Positions 55,859 through 64,000 of a stretch of 64,000 nt of DNA are shown here, in pieces; the stretch's first letter is position 1; every line of letters starts with the position of its first letter. The notes under the pieces are model-generated. The model was not told the DNA's origin, searched no databases, and was given only the letters and a program-made list of their open reading frames with translations. Origin of the DNA: Nitrospirota bacterium. Lineage in GTDB: Bacteria > Nitrospirota > UBA9217. Position numbers and translations under genes: made by a program. The stretch covers positions 352,001-416,000 of the forward strand of contig CAWIYV010000010.1 in assembly GCA_963840455.1 (NCBI GenBank), written 5' to 3'.

Positions 55859-55975
55859 GTTGAAGCTCACTGCAGCAAGCTGCAGGAAATCTTCGATCCT
55901 TAAGGTAGTCTGTTTATCCTGATTGCTCGCTGACCCCGCAGCACGCCGCAGGGAATGTGCTCGCTCCTGAAATCA
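55859..55975 (-). repeat. Dispersed hairpin repeat, full-length copy C
   Basis: Minus strand TGATTTCAGGAGCGAGCACATTCCCTGCGGCGTGCTGCGGGGTCAGCGAGCAATCAGGATAAAC...AAGGATCGAAGATTTCCTGCAGCTTGCTGCAGTGAGCTTCAAC. Confidence 0.9.
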
Positions 55976-56038
55976 TAAAGCAACCGCGCTTTTTAAAAAT
56001 GGGTCATTTGGTGAACGGGGTTCTTTTCCCATGGCCGG

Positions 56039-56806
56039 TCAGATTGTCAATATCTTCGATACGGCATAGCGGCTTGCGACGCAAAGGGAAAGGCCCGGCC
56101 CGTGCACTTCACGGTGTGTCCTGAGCGCGAGATCGGGGCTGTTGTTCTCTTCCGACAGATGGGCCAGGCATGCCCACCGGAGCCGGTCGCCCGCGGCGCC
56201 GGCCAGGAGCTCGGCAGCTTCGAGGTTCGAGATATGCCCGCCGGGTCCTTTGATGCGGGCCTTGAGGAAGCGGGGATAGGGGCCGTTCGCGAGCATCTCC
56301 GGGTCATAGTTGCTTTCCAGAAGGACCGCGTCAAGGGTGGCGATGGTCCTGCCGAGGTCCTGGAACACATGGCCCAGATCGGTCAGGATCCCGAGGCGGT
56401 GCGTGCCGTCGTCGACGACGAAGACGACGCCGTCCTCGCCGTCGTGCGGCGTCGGGATTGTGTGCACGGACACATGGCCGATGCGGATGCTGCTTCCGCT
56501 TCGGAAGTGACGGACATCCTTCAGCTTTCCCAGTGAACAGCGCATCTGGGCCGCCGAAAGACAGCGCGGCGTTACATAGAGAGGGATGCCGAACTTCCGC
56601 TGGAACACACCTGCGGAGCTGATGTGGTCGGAATGGTTGTGCGATATAATGAGCGCGTCAACAGCGCGGATATCCCTGCCGTGGACGGCGAGCCGCTCCT
56701 CGGCGCAGGAGCCGCTGATCCCGGCGTCGAACAGGAGCTTCCGTCCGCCTGCCTCGACGTAGATGCAGTTCCCGTTGCTTCCGGACTGGAGCGATATCAC
56801 CTGCAT
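56039..56806 (-). CDS. MBL-fold metallohydrolase, YycJ/WalJ-like
   Basis: LQSGSNGNC, FDAG, SHNHSDH, PHD, TDLG, LESNYD, GHISN, AHLSEENN. Confidence 0.9.
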   Translation of the reverse strand: MQVISLQSGSNGNCIYVEAGGRKLLFDAGISGSCAEERLAVHGRDIRAVDALIISHNHSDHISSAGVFQRKFGIPLYVTPRCLSAAQMRCSLGKLKDVRHFRSGSSIRIGHVSVHTIPTPHDGEDGVVFVVDDGTHRLGILTDLGHVFQDLGRTIATLDAVLLESNYDPEMLANGPYPRFLKARIKGPGGHISNLEAAELLAGAAGDRLRWACLAHLSEENNSPDLALRTHREVHGPGLSLCVASRYAVSKILTI

Positions 56807-56858
56807 GGTCGTACCGATGTGCGGAAAACGCTGCTGTTCAGCGGGCAGGAAGGAAGGT

Positions 56859-57662
56859 TCACGAAGCTCTCCAGTCGGCCACGGTGGCATAGGGAAATCG
56901 TGCGTTGTGCCGATTGAGGTCGGCGACCATCTGTTCCATTTCTTCGCGCGAAAGAAAACCGCGCTGGACGAAATACTGACCGAGCTTCTTCTGAAGCGTC
57001 CGCTGGAACGCGAGCAGGATCCGTGCCTGGTAGGAGGAAATGAAGCCAAGGTGCAGCGCCCGCTGCCCGAAGAGGAGAGGCATGCCGCGGTACCCGAGGA
57101 TCGCGCTGATGTGCTTGTCGTTCAGCCAGCCCCAGCGCTTCGCGATGATCCCCAGCGCAGGTCGCTGGCGCATCTGCCACGAAAGCGCCTTGAGCAGCAT
57201 GTGATAGGGTATGCATCCGCGGTAATAAAGGTAACGACCGATCTCGTGCCGCCGATCAGGCATAGCGCCCTGGTACAGCCAGCCTGCCTCGGTCACGCGA
57301 AAGGTCTTCGTTGCTGACCCCGCAGGTCGCCGGGTGTTTGTTGGGGCCATGTGCGCGGGTCGGGACGCTCGGGTGCGGGAGCGAGTGTGTATGCGGACGC
57401 CCGCGTTGTCGCGCAGCTCGCAGTACTTCCGCATGATGTCATACGCATCGTTCGCGACACGGAACATCTCGGCCTGGCGCTTTTGCACGAGCGGGTCATG
57501 GGCCGTGAAGAGATCGGGATGGGTCTCCTTGGCTTTTTTTCTGAATGCGGTCTTGAGGACGTTCGGCTTGAGGGAAAGGAGGAACTCGGGAGATACCGCT
57601 GCTTCGGTGCCGAACAGCGTCCGGCATGCGTTTAGAACATTTGCGTCGGGAGTGGCGAGCAC
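56859..57662 (-). CDS. J-domain (DnaJ-like) protein with an uncharacterised C-terminal domain
   Basis: LKTAFRKKAKETHPD...FRVANDAYD; C-terminal repeated LG...GFLS helical motifs. Confidence 0.8.
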   Translation of the reverse strand: MLATPDANVLNACRTLFGTEAAVSPEFLLSLKPNVLKTAFRKKAKETHPDLFTAHDPLVQKRQAEMFRVANDAYDIMRKYCELRDNAGVRIHTRSRTRASRPAHMAPTNTRRPAGSATKTFRVTEAGWLYQGAMPDRRHEIGRYLYYRGCIPYHMLLKALSWQMRQRPALGIIAKRWGWLNDKHISAILGYRGMPLLFGQRALHLGFISSYQARILLAFQRTLQKKLGQYFVQRGFLSREEMEQMVADLNRHNARFPYATVADWRAS

Positions 57663-57785
57663 GGGCCCGGGGCGCTCCTTTGCAGGATGGCGGTTTTGCC
57701 GCTCAGGCAGCTAGCGGCCTGGCCGGTTGGAGGCAATGTACTCCATCAGGGGTCGCTTTGTCAAGAAATGGTTCGGCGGGAGCGG

Positions 57786-58364
57786 TTAGATCTTCTGTGC
57801 TTTGCCGGCGAGGAAAGCCTTGCGGTTGATGTCCAGCAACTTCTTCGGCACCGAGTTCGTAATGGCCTCGTCCACCACCGACTCCTTCAGAGGAAGGAAC
57901 CTGAACACGGCGCCCATCAGGACGAGGTTCACGGCGCGCTTCTCGCCGACCTTAACGGCGACATTCGTCGCGTCGAAGGGGTGGACCTTTGACGCGTGCC
58001 GCCTGATGGTCTCGTGGATGTCCTGGGGATAGACCTCTTTTCCTATGGACACGCCAATGGTGCCGATGGGCCGTGTATTGTAGACGACAGTCCCGTCCTC
58101 GCGCAGGAAGTGGAGATACCGCGCGGTCTCGAGTGGCTCAAAGCCGATCAGAAGGTCGGCCTCTCCTTCGGCGACGATAGGCGAGAACACTTGGTCCCCG
58201 AAGCGGACCTGCGAAAGGACGCTGCCGCCGCGCTGGGCCATGCCGTGCACCTCGCTCTGCTTCACGTCCAGGCCCTGGAGCAGCGCTGCCTCGGCAATGA
58301 TCTTGCTGGTCAGCAGCACGCCCTGCCCGCCGACCCCGGCTATCAAAATATTGAATACGTTCAC
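57786..58364 (-). CDS. iorB: Indolepyruvate:ferredoxin oxidoreductase beta subunit
   Basis: GVGGQG, SEVHGMAQRGGSV, FEPLETARY. Confidence 0.93.
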   Translation of the reverse strand: MNVFNILIAGVGGQGVLLTSKIIAEAALLQGLDVKQSEVHGMAQRGGSVLSQVRFGDQVFSPIVAEGEADLLIGFEPLETARYLHFLREDGTVVYNTRPIGTIGVSIGKEVYPQDIHETIRRHASKVHPFDATNVAVKVGEKRAVNLVLMGAVFRFLPLKESVVDEAITNSVPKKLLDINRKAFLAGKAQKI

Positions 58365-58469
58365 CAGAGTTTCCTTAGAGATCGATATTGTCCGTATCAG
58401 AGAACGAATGCAGGCGCAAGGGAAAAGCGATCCTCTTTATCTCCGTGTAGCCGCGTCTCCGCGTCGGCA

Positions 58470-60215
58470 TCACGCGTTCACCATCGAGTTCGTCGCGCAG
58501 AGCTGACTGCAGACACCACAGCCGTTGCACAGGAGCGCGTCAACCTCGGCATGACCCTTCTTGCCCTCGGGAACAAATGAGAGCGCGATGCATCCTGCCT
58601 TGAGGCAGGCCTTGCAGCCCACGCAGGTATCGGTATCGACGCGGTACGACTTCTTGGAGACCTTATACCGCAGCACGCAGGGCTGGTTCGAGATGAGCAC
58701 CGCGGTCCCGGGCGCTGCGAGCTCTTCCTTCATGATCCGCTCAAGCTCTTTCAGATTATAGGCGTCGATCTCGCGCACGCGCTTCGCGCCGATGGCCTGG
58801 CAGAGCTTCCCGATGTCGAGCTTCGGCGCGGCGGAGCCTGCGGCAGTCCGTCCCGTTCCGGCGTGCTCCTGGCCGCCGGTCATGCCTGTCGTGTCGTTGT
58901 TCATGATGACGACAAGCGCGTCGCCGCCGTTGTAGACCATGTCGATGAGCCCGGTGATGCCGGAATGGAGGAACGTGGAGTCGCCGATCACGGCCACGGG
59001 CTTCTGCTTCACGCCCCTGAGGGCCAGGCCGCGCGAGATGCCGTGGGCGCCGGAGATGCTCGCGCCCATGCAGATGCAGGTGTGCATGGACGAGAACGGC
59101 GGCAGGGCGCCAAGGGTATAACAGCCGATGTCGCCGGACACGAAGAGCTTCAGCTTTGCGATGACGGTGTAAAGGCCGCGGTGGGAACAGCCGGGGCAGA
59201 ACGTGGGCGGACGGACGATGAGGCCACCGACCGGGAGCTTGCACGCAACCGCGGAGCCGCTGACCGCCTCGCGGATGGTCCGGGAGGTGAGCTCGCCGCA
59301 GGGCGGAAAGGCCGTCTTGCCGAAGTGGACCGTAATGCCCATAGCCTTGAGCAGTTCCTCCACGAAGCCGTCGAGCTCCTCGACGACGGCGAGCTTCGTG
59401 ACGGACGCCGCGAAACCGCGGAGCTTCTTCTCCGGAAGGGGATAGGTCATGCCGAGCTTCAGGACCGGCGCATCCGGGAACGCCTCGCGGACATACTGGT
59501 AGGCGATGCCGTTGGCGATAAAGCCCACATCGCCCTTCCCGGGCCGGACCTCGTTGAATGCTGCGGTCTCGGCGTATTCGCGGAGCTTCGCGAGCCGCTC
59601 CTCGACCACGAGATGGCGCTTCTTGGCGTTCGCCGGCAGCATCACGTACTTCGGCACGTCCCGGGCGAGGTCGCGGTCCTTGACTGCGGCAGGCTCCGCG
59701 GTCTGGACAACGCTTTTGCAGTGGGAAATTCGGGTGGTCGTGCGCAGGATCACAGGTGTGTCGAAGGATTCTGAGAGTTCGAAGGCAGCGCGCACGTAAG
59801 CCCGCGCTTCATCGGAGTCCACCGGCTCGATGCAGGGGATCTTCGCCATGCGGGCGTAGTGCCGCGTGTCCTGTTCGTTCTGCGAGCTGAACATGCCCGG
59901 ATCGTCCGCGGCCATCAGCACGAGACCCGCGTTCACGCCGGTGTAGGCCACGGTCATGAGCGGGTCCGCGGCGACGTTCACGCCCACGTGCTTCATGCAG
60001 GCCAGGGAGCGCACGCCGGCCAGCGAGCCGCCGATGGCTACCTCCATGGCCACCTTCTCGTTCGTGGACCACTCGGCATGGATCCCCTTCTCGCGCGAGA
60101 GGGTCTCGAGCACTTCCGTGCTCGGCGTGCCGGGGTAGGCGGCGGCGATCTTGCCGCCTGCTTCAAGGAACCCGCGGGCGATGGCTTCGTTGCCTGAAAG
60201 GATTGCTTTCGTCAC
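58470..60215 (-). CDS. iorA: Indolepyruvate:ferredoxin oxidoreductase alpha subunit
   Basis: GNEAIARG, YPGTPSTE, MKHVGVNVAAD, RPPTFCPGC, GDIGCY, GDSTF.HSG, C-terminal 2x[4Fe-4S] motifs. Confidence 0.95.
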   Translation of the reverse strand: MTKAILSGNEAIARGFLEAGGKIAAAYPGTPSTEVLETLSREKGIHAEWSTNEKVAMEVAIGGSLAGVRSLACMKHVGVNVAADPLMTVAYTGVNAGLVLMAADDPGMFSSQNEQDTRHYARMAKIPCIEPVDSDEARAYVRAAFELSESFDTPVILRTTTRISHCKSVVQTAEPAAVKDRDLARDVPKYVMLPANAKKRHLVVEERLAKLREYAETAAFNEVRPGKGDVGFIANGIAYQYVREAFPDAPVLKLGMTYPLPEKKLRGFAASVTKLAVVEELDGFVEELLKAMGITVHFGKTAFPPCGELTSRTIREAVSGSAVACKLPVGGLIVRPPTFCPGCSHRGLYTVIAKLKLFVSGDIGCYTLGALPPFSSMHTCICMGASISGAHGISRGLALRGVKQKPVAVIGDSTFLHSGITGLIDMVYNGGDALVVIMNNDTTGMTGGQEHAGTGRTAAGSAAPKLDIGKLCQAIGAKRVREIDAYNLKELERIMKEELAAPGTAVLISNQPCVLRYKVSKKSYRVDTDTCVGCKACLKAGCIALSFVPEGKKGHAEVDALLCNGCGVCSQLCATNSMVNA

Positions 60216-60319
60216 TGATTACCCCTGATAGGATTGAACCGCGAAGGCGCAAAGGACACAAGGGGAAACCATTCGTCCTTATCCGTGTCTCCCCGTTCCC
60301 GTGTCCCCGCGTCAGTTTA

Positions 60320-61663
60320 TTACTTCGGTCGGTTGTCGATGACCCGCTTGGCCTTGCCTTCGCTGCGCTGGATAGATCCCGGCGGCACGAGGGTCACCTC
60401 GGTGTTCACGCCGATGATGTCCTTGACGTTCTTCTGGATGTCGCGCTTGACCTTGATCAGGTCTTCCTCTTCCTGGGCGAAGGACTTGAGATCGGTGGTG
60501 AGCACCTTGGCAGCCATCTGGTCCATGAAGCCTGCGGTCACCTCGACGCGGACGTTCATCTCGTCCATTCGGCCCTTGCGGTTCACCTCGATGACGTAAT
60601 GAGGCGCGATGTCCCTGGTGCGGAGCAGCACCGATTCCACCTGGGAGGGGAACACGTTCACACCGCGGATGATGAGCATATCGTCCGCGCGGCCGCGCAC
60701 GCGCCTCATGCGGACCAGCGTCCTGCCGCAGGAACATTTTTCGGGGTTCAGGGTCGTAATGTCGCCGGTGCGGTAGCGGATCAGCGGCATGGCCTCGCGG
60801 GACATGCTCGTGATCACCAGCTCGCCTTCCTGGCCGTAGGGCAGCTGCTCGCCGGTCAGGGGATTGATGACCTCGGGATAGAAATGGTCCTCGTTGATGT
60901 GCAAGCCGCTCTGGGCCTCGATGCACTCGGCCGAGACGCCCGGGCCGATGATCTCGGACAGGCCGTAGATGTCGATGGCTTTTATCCGGAGCCGCTCCTC
61001 GATCTCGCGGCGCATCTCCTCGGTCCAGGGCTCGGCGCCGAAGAGGCCGACGCGCAGCTTGATGTTCTCAAAGCCCGCCTTCATCTCGCAGGCCACGTCA
61101 TAGAGATAGAGGGCGAAGGACGGCGTGGAGCACAGCACCGTGCTGCCGAAGTCCAGCATGAGCATGATCTGCTTCTGTGTGTTCCCGCCGGAGATGGGGA
61201 TGACCGCCGCGCCGACCCGCTCGGCGCCATAGTGAGCGCCCAGGCCGCCGGTAAAGAGGCCGTAACCGTAAGCGTTCTGGACGATGTCCTTGCTCGTGGT
61301 ACCCGCAGCAGTGAACGTGCGGGCCATCACATCGGCCCAGAGGTTGATGTCGTTGCGGTTATAAGCGACCACCGTTGGTTTGCCTGTGGTTCCCGAAGAA
61401 GCATGGATACGAACGATGTTCTCAAGCGGTTCGGCGAAGAGGCCGTAGGGGTAGTTATCCCGGAGGTCCACCTTCTTGGTGAAGGGAAGCTTGACCACAT
61501 CCGCGATGCTTTTGATGTCAGACGGCTTGATGCCCTTCTCGTCGAAGGCCTTCTTGTAGAACGGCACGCGGGAATAGACACGCTCGCATACCTTCGTTAG
61601 GCGTTCTCCTTGCAGCTTCGCAAGTTCGGGCCGGGTTAAAGACTCTTCTTTATTCCAGTGCAT
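60320..61663 (-). CDS. paaK: Phenylacetate--CoA ligase family protein
   Basis: [57 protein letters not shown]. Confidence 0.92.
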   Translation of the reverse strand: MHWNKEESLTRPELAKLQGERLTKVCERVYSRVPFYKKAFDEKGIKPSDIKSIADVVKLPFTKKVDLRDNYPYGLFAEPLENIVRIHASSGTTGKPTVVAYNRNDINLWADVMARTFTAAGTTSKDIVQNAYGYGLFTGGLGAHYGAERVGAAVIPISGGNTQKQIMLMLDFGSTVLCSTPSFALYLYDVACEMKAGFENIKLRVGLFGAEPWTEEMRREIEERLRIKAIDIYGLSEIIGPGVSAECIEAQSGLHINEDHFYPEVINPLTGEQLPYGQEGELVITSMSREAMPLIRYRTGDITTLNPEKCSCGRTLVRMRRVRGRADDMLIIRGVNVFPSQVESVLLRTRDIAPHYVIEVNRKGRMDEMNVRVEVTAGFMDQMAAKVLTTDLKSFAQEEEDLIKVKRDIQKNVKDIIGVNTEVTLVPPGSIQRSEGKAKRVIDNRPK

Positions 61664-61796
61664 TGGATGGCTCCTGTGGCAGTGGTCCCGCCGGAAATAC
61701 TCCGGCGGAGAAGTGTCGGAAACGGGCGCATTATATACCAGATAAGAATCCTTTGCAATTGGAAACAAACCGCTAGACTGTCTTCCGGAGGGAAAT

Positions 61797-61819
61797 AAAA
61801 AGGGCCCCGAAAGGGGCCC
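61797..61819 (-). terminator. Intrinsic terminator after the cytochrome gene
   Basis: Minus strand GGGCCCC-TTTC-GGGGCCC-TTTTT. Confidence 0.8.
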
Positions 61820-61840
61820 GGAGATGTCACGGCAGGAGGA

Positions 61841-62122
61841 TCATTTCTTCTTGTGGCATTCCATGCACTTATTCGCCGCGGGGCCAGCCTTCTTCTCCGT
61901 GTGGCAGCCGCCGCACAACTTGTGTGCAGGGTCCTTGCCGCCGAGCGACATTTTTCCCGGTGTCGCCTCGGGATGGCAGGCCTTGCATCCGGCCTTCTCG
62001 CCGTGAACCTTATGGTTGAAGGTCACGTCCCCGTTCTTTGCCTTAAGCGTGACCGTGTCCGCGGCCATCAGCGGCGCGGCGACGAACAACAACAGCACAA
62101 CAACAGCTACGATCCTCTTCAT
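61841..62122 (-). CDS. Periplasmic triheme cytochrome c7 (PpcA family)
   Basis: Signal peptide, KNGDVTFNHKVH, three CxxCH motifs (CKACH, CGGCH, CMECH), AH distal ligand; AGGAGG RBS. Confidence 0.92.
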   Translation of the reverse strand: MKRIVAVVVLLLFVAAPLMAADTVTLKAKNGDVTFNHKVHGEKAGCKACHPEATPGKMSLGGKDPAHKLCGGCHTEKKAGPAANKCMECHKKK

Positions 62123-62433
62123 GCTTGCTCCTCCTTCAGAATGAGATACCCGCTTGCTTTGAATGCAAAGGGATGCTGCAGTGCGAGATACTGGTATCGA
62201 ATGTAGCAGAGGAGCAGAACAAAGGCAAGTTTGGCCGATATTTTTTTTAACCGCAGATACCCAGATGGTCGGGCAGAGGCCGGACCAAGCGCACACTTCC
62301 ATGCAAAAAGTATCATTGTGTACCGCTATGCAAGTGCCCATTAATTGCGAAACTCTTAGTCATTTAGTCATTATAATGATAGGGTCGATGCATCACCCTT
62401 GCAGAGTTAGTGTGAACGAGCTACTATAAGCAA

Positions 62434-62901
62434 ATGAGAAGATTCTTTTCTGCTGCTCTTGTTCTTGCCCTATGCCTCTTGTACCCCGGGACGTACGGAA
62501 ATGGCTTGTCCGCTGCCACCTGCGAACCATCGAGCAGTGACGCTTTGGGACCTTTCTACAAGCCTAACGCGCCGATTCGTTCCAGCGTGGGCACGGGGTA
62601 CGTACTGCGAGGTGTCGTGCGGACAGCGAAGGACTGCAGCCCTGTTGCCGGTGCGATGGTCGAGCTCTGGCTCGCAGGGCCGAATGGCGAGTATGATGAT
62701 GCCCACCGCGCCACGATCATCGCCGACGCATCAGGCGCCTATCGTTTCGAGAGCAATATTCCGCAGCCCTACTATGGAAGACCGCCGCACATCCACCTGC
62801 GGGTCTCAGCGAAAGGTTTTTCCACGCTCGTGACGCAGCACTACCCTGCCGCCAGCACGAAGGAAGCTGTATTTGACGCCGTTCTGGTCCCCTCGCGATG
62901 A
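62434..62901 (+). CDS. Secreted intradiol ring-cleavage dioxygenase-like protein
   Basis: Signal peptide, LGPFY, VELW.A...GEYD, P..Y.GRPPHIH (Tyr/Tyr/His/His pattern), LVTQ.Y. Confidence 0.8.
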   Translation: MRRFFSAALVLALCLLYPGTYGNGLSAATCEPSSSDALGPFYKPNAPIRSSVGTGYVLRGVVRTAKDCSPVAGAMVELWLAGPNGEYDDAHRATIIADASGAYRFESNIPQPYYGRPPHIHLRVSAKGFSTLVTQHYPAASTKEAVFDAVLVPSR

Positions 62902-63043
62902 CCCGCCCCCCTATGGTCCCGCCCGTCCATGTCGATTGCGCTCTGATCAGCCTGCGCTCCCTTTTCCTGTGGACAAAGAAGACGGCGTCTGGTACAAATG
63001 CTCAATTATGTCGACTGCGTTCCTCCCAACGACGGTTCCGGGC

Positions 63044-63781
63044 ATGCGGTCCCTGCTGATCGTCTTGTCCGCGGTGCTCGCGCTGACAGGCTGCGGCGGA
63101 AAGAAGCCGCCTGTTGCGCCGGATGGCGGCAAGACAAAGGCCTCGCAGCGGCCGTACACCGTGATGGGCAAGCGGTATGAACCGCTCAAATCCCACATCG
63201 GCTTCACGCAGGAGGGCATTGCCAGCTGGTACGGGAAAGACTTTCACGGCAAGAAGACAAGCAACGGCGAGACCTATGATATGCACGCCATGACCGCGGC
63301 GCACAAGACCCTGCCGCTCGGCGTGTTCGTAAAAGTTCGGAACAAGGAGAACGGGGAGGAGACCATCGTCCGGGTCAACGACCGCGGCCCGTTTGTCAAG
63401 AACCGCATCATCGACCTCTCTTACTCGGCGGCGAAGAAGCTGGGCGTTGACCTAAAGGGCACCGCGCCGGTTCGGATCGAGGCGCTGGGCTACAAGGCGA
63501 GCGGGACGGGCGAGGAAAATTACAAGGCGCCGGAGACCTACGACAGCGGCAACTACTCGGTGCAGGTCGGCGCGTTCAAAGATCAGCAGAACGCCAAGCG
63601 GCTGTCCGAGGAGATGAGGAGGCTGCATGGCTATTCCGAGGTAAAGTCTGCCATGGTGAACGGCGAGCTCTTTTACCGGGTGCAGGCGGGGAAATTCTCT
63701 TCCCTGCATGAGGCCGAGGAGGCTGAAGTGCGCTTCTCGGACCAGGGCTATCCGGGCAGCTTCGTCGTATCCGTGGATTAG
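63044..63781 (+). CDS. rlpA: Septal ring lytic transglycosylase RlpA (DPBB plus SPOR)
   Basis: Lipobox LTGC, GIASWYG..FHG..TSNGETYDM..MTAAHKTLP, RVNDRGPF, IIDLS, SPOR VQVGAF. Start could be 63008. Confidence 0.93.
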   Translation: MRSLLIVLSAVLALTGCGGKKPPVAPDGGKTKASQRPYTVMGKRYEPLKSHIGFTQEGIASWYGKDFHGKKTSNGETYDMHAMTAAHKTLPLGVFVKVRNKENGEETIVRVNDRGPFVKNRIIDLSYSAAKKLGVDLKGTAPVRIEALGYKASGTGEENYKAPETYDSGNYSVQVGAFKDQQNAKRLSEEMRRLHGYSEVKSAMVNGELFYRVQAGKFSSLHEAEEAEVRFSDQGYPGSFVVSVD

Positions 63782-64000
63782 CGAATCGATGAAAAGAGGA
63801 TGAACACTTTAGGCGAGGACCACATCAGGTTTGCAATACAGATGAACGCAGACAAGACCGGTCTTCTCACGTAGAGCAACGCAAATACATGATGACGTTT
63901 TATGAACGCCCTGCTAACAGTATTTTGGGCAGGCGTCGCCGCTTCTAGGTTATCAATTCCGGACTCTGAACTCCACGATCCGCGCTAGACAAGATAATCC

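Noticed and set aside
6356-55975. GTTGAA...TTCAAC palindromic repeats as a CRISPR array
   Set aside because: Copies are kilobases apart, on both strands and of variable length, with no repeat-spacer periodicity and no cas genes.

Overview
A 64 kb stretch of mostly housekeeping chromosome from a GC-rich, probably anaerobic diderm bacterium. Gene content (triheme c7 cytochrome, iorAB-paaK, RomR homologue next to valS, type II IDH) suggests Nitrospirota or a deltaproteobacterial lineage, but the sequence alone cannot fix the taxon. Core genes include rnj, ilvE, aconitase, galT, coaX-birA-nadC-valS, icd-ndk, dksA, rlmI, an mfd/PPIase cluster, rpmH-rnpA-yidD-yidC, iorAB-paaK and rlpA, plus two tRNAs (Leu-GAG, Val-CAC). 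Five things stand out. (1) A dispersed intergenic hairpin repeat has 7 copies in full-length, internally deleted and single-hairpin forms, with ends resembling IS200/IS605 ends. (2) A type IV pilus-class (Pil-Chp-like) chemosensory operon ends in a RomR-like polarity regulator, and its first regulator carries a similar PopZ/RomR-C-like helix. (3) A membrane adenylate cyclase is fused to an apparently intact PilZ domain. (4) A 5.5 kb AT-rich island without an integrase sits at tRNA-Val, carrying a class A beta-lactamase-like protein, a membrane-fused spermidine synthase-like protein and an amber-interrupted IS200. (5) A sigma-54-driven pair of small glycine-rich membrane proteins has no known function. 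No CRISPR array or rRNA was found. All calls were made by eye from motifs; no database searches were run.
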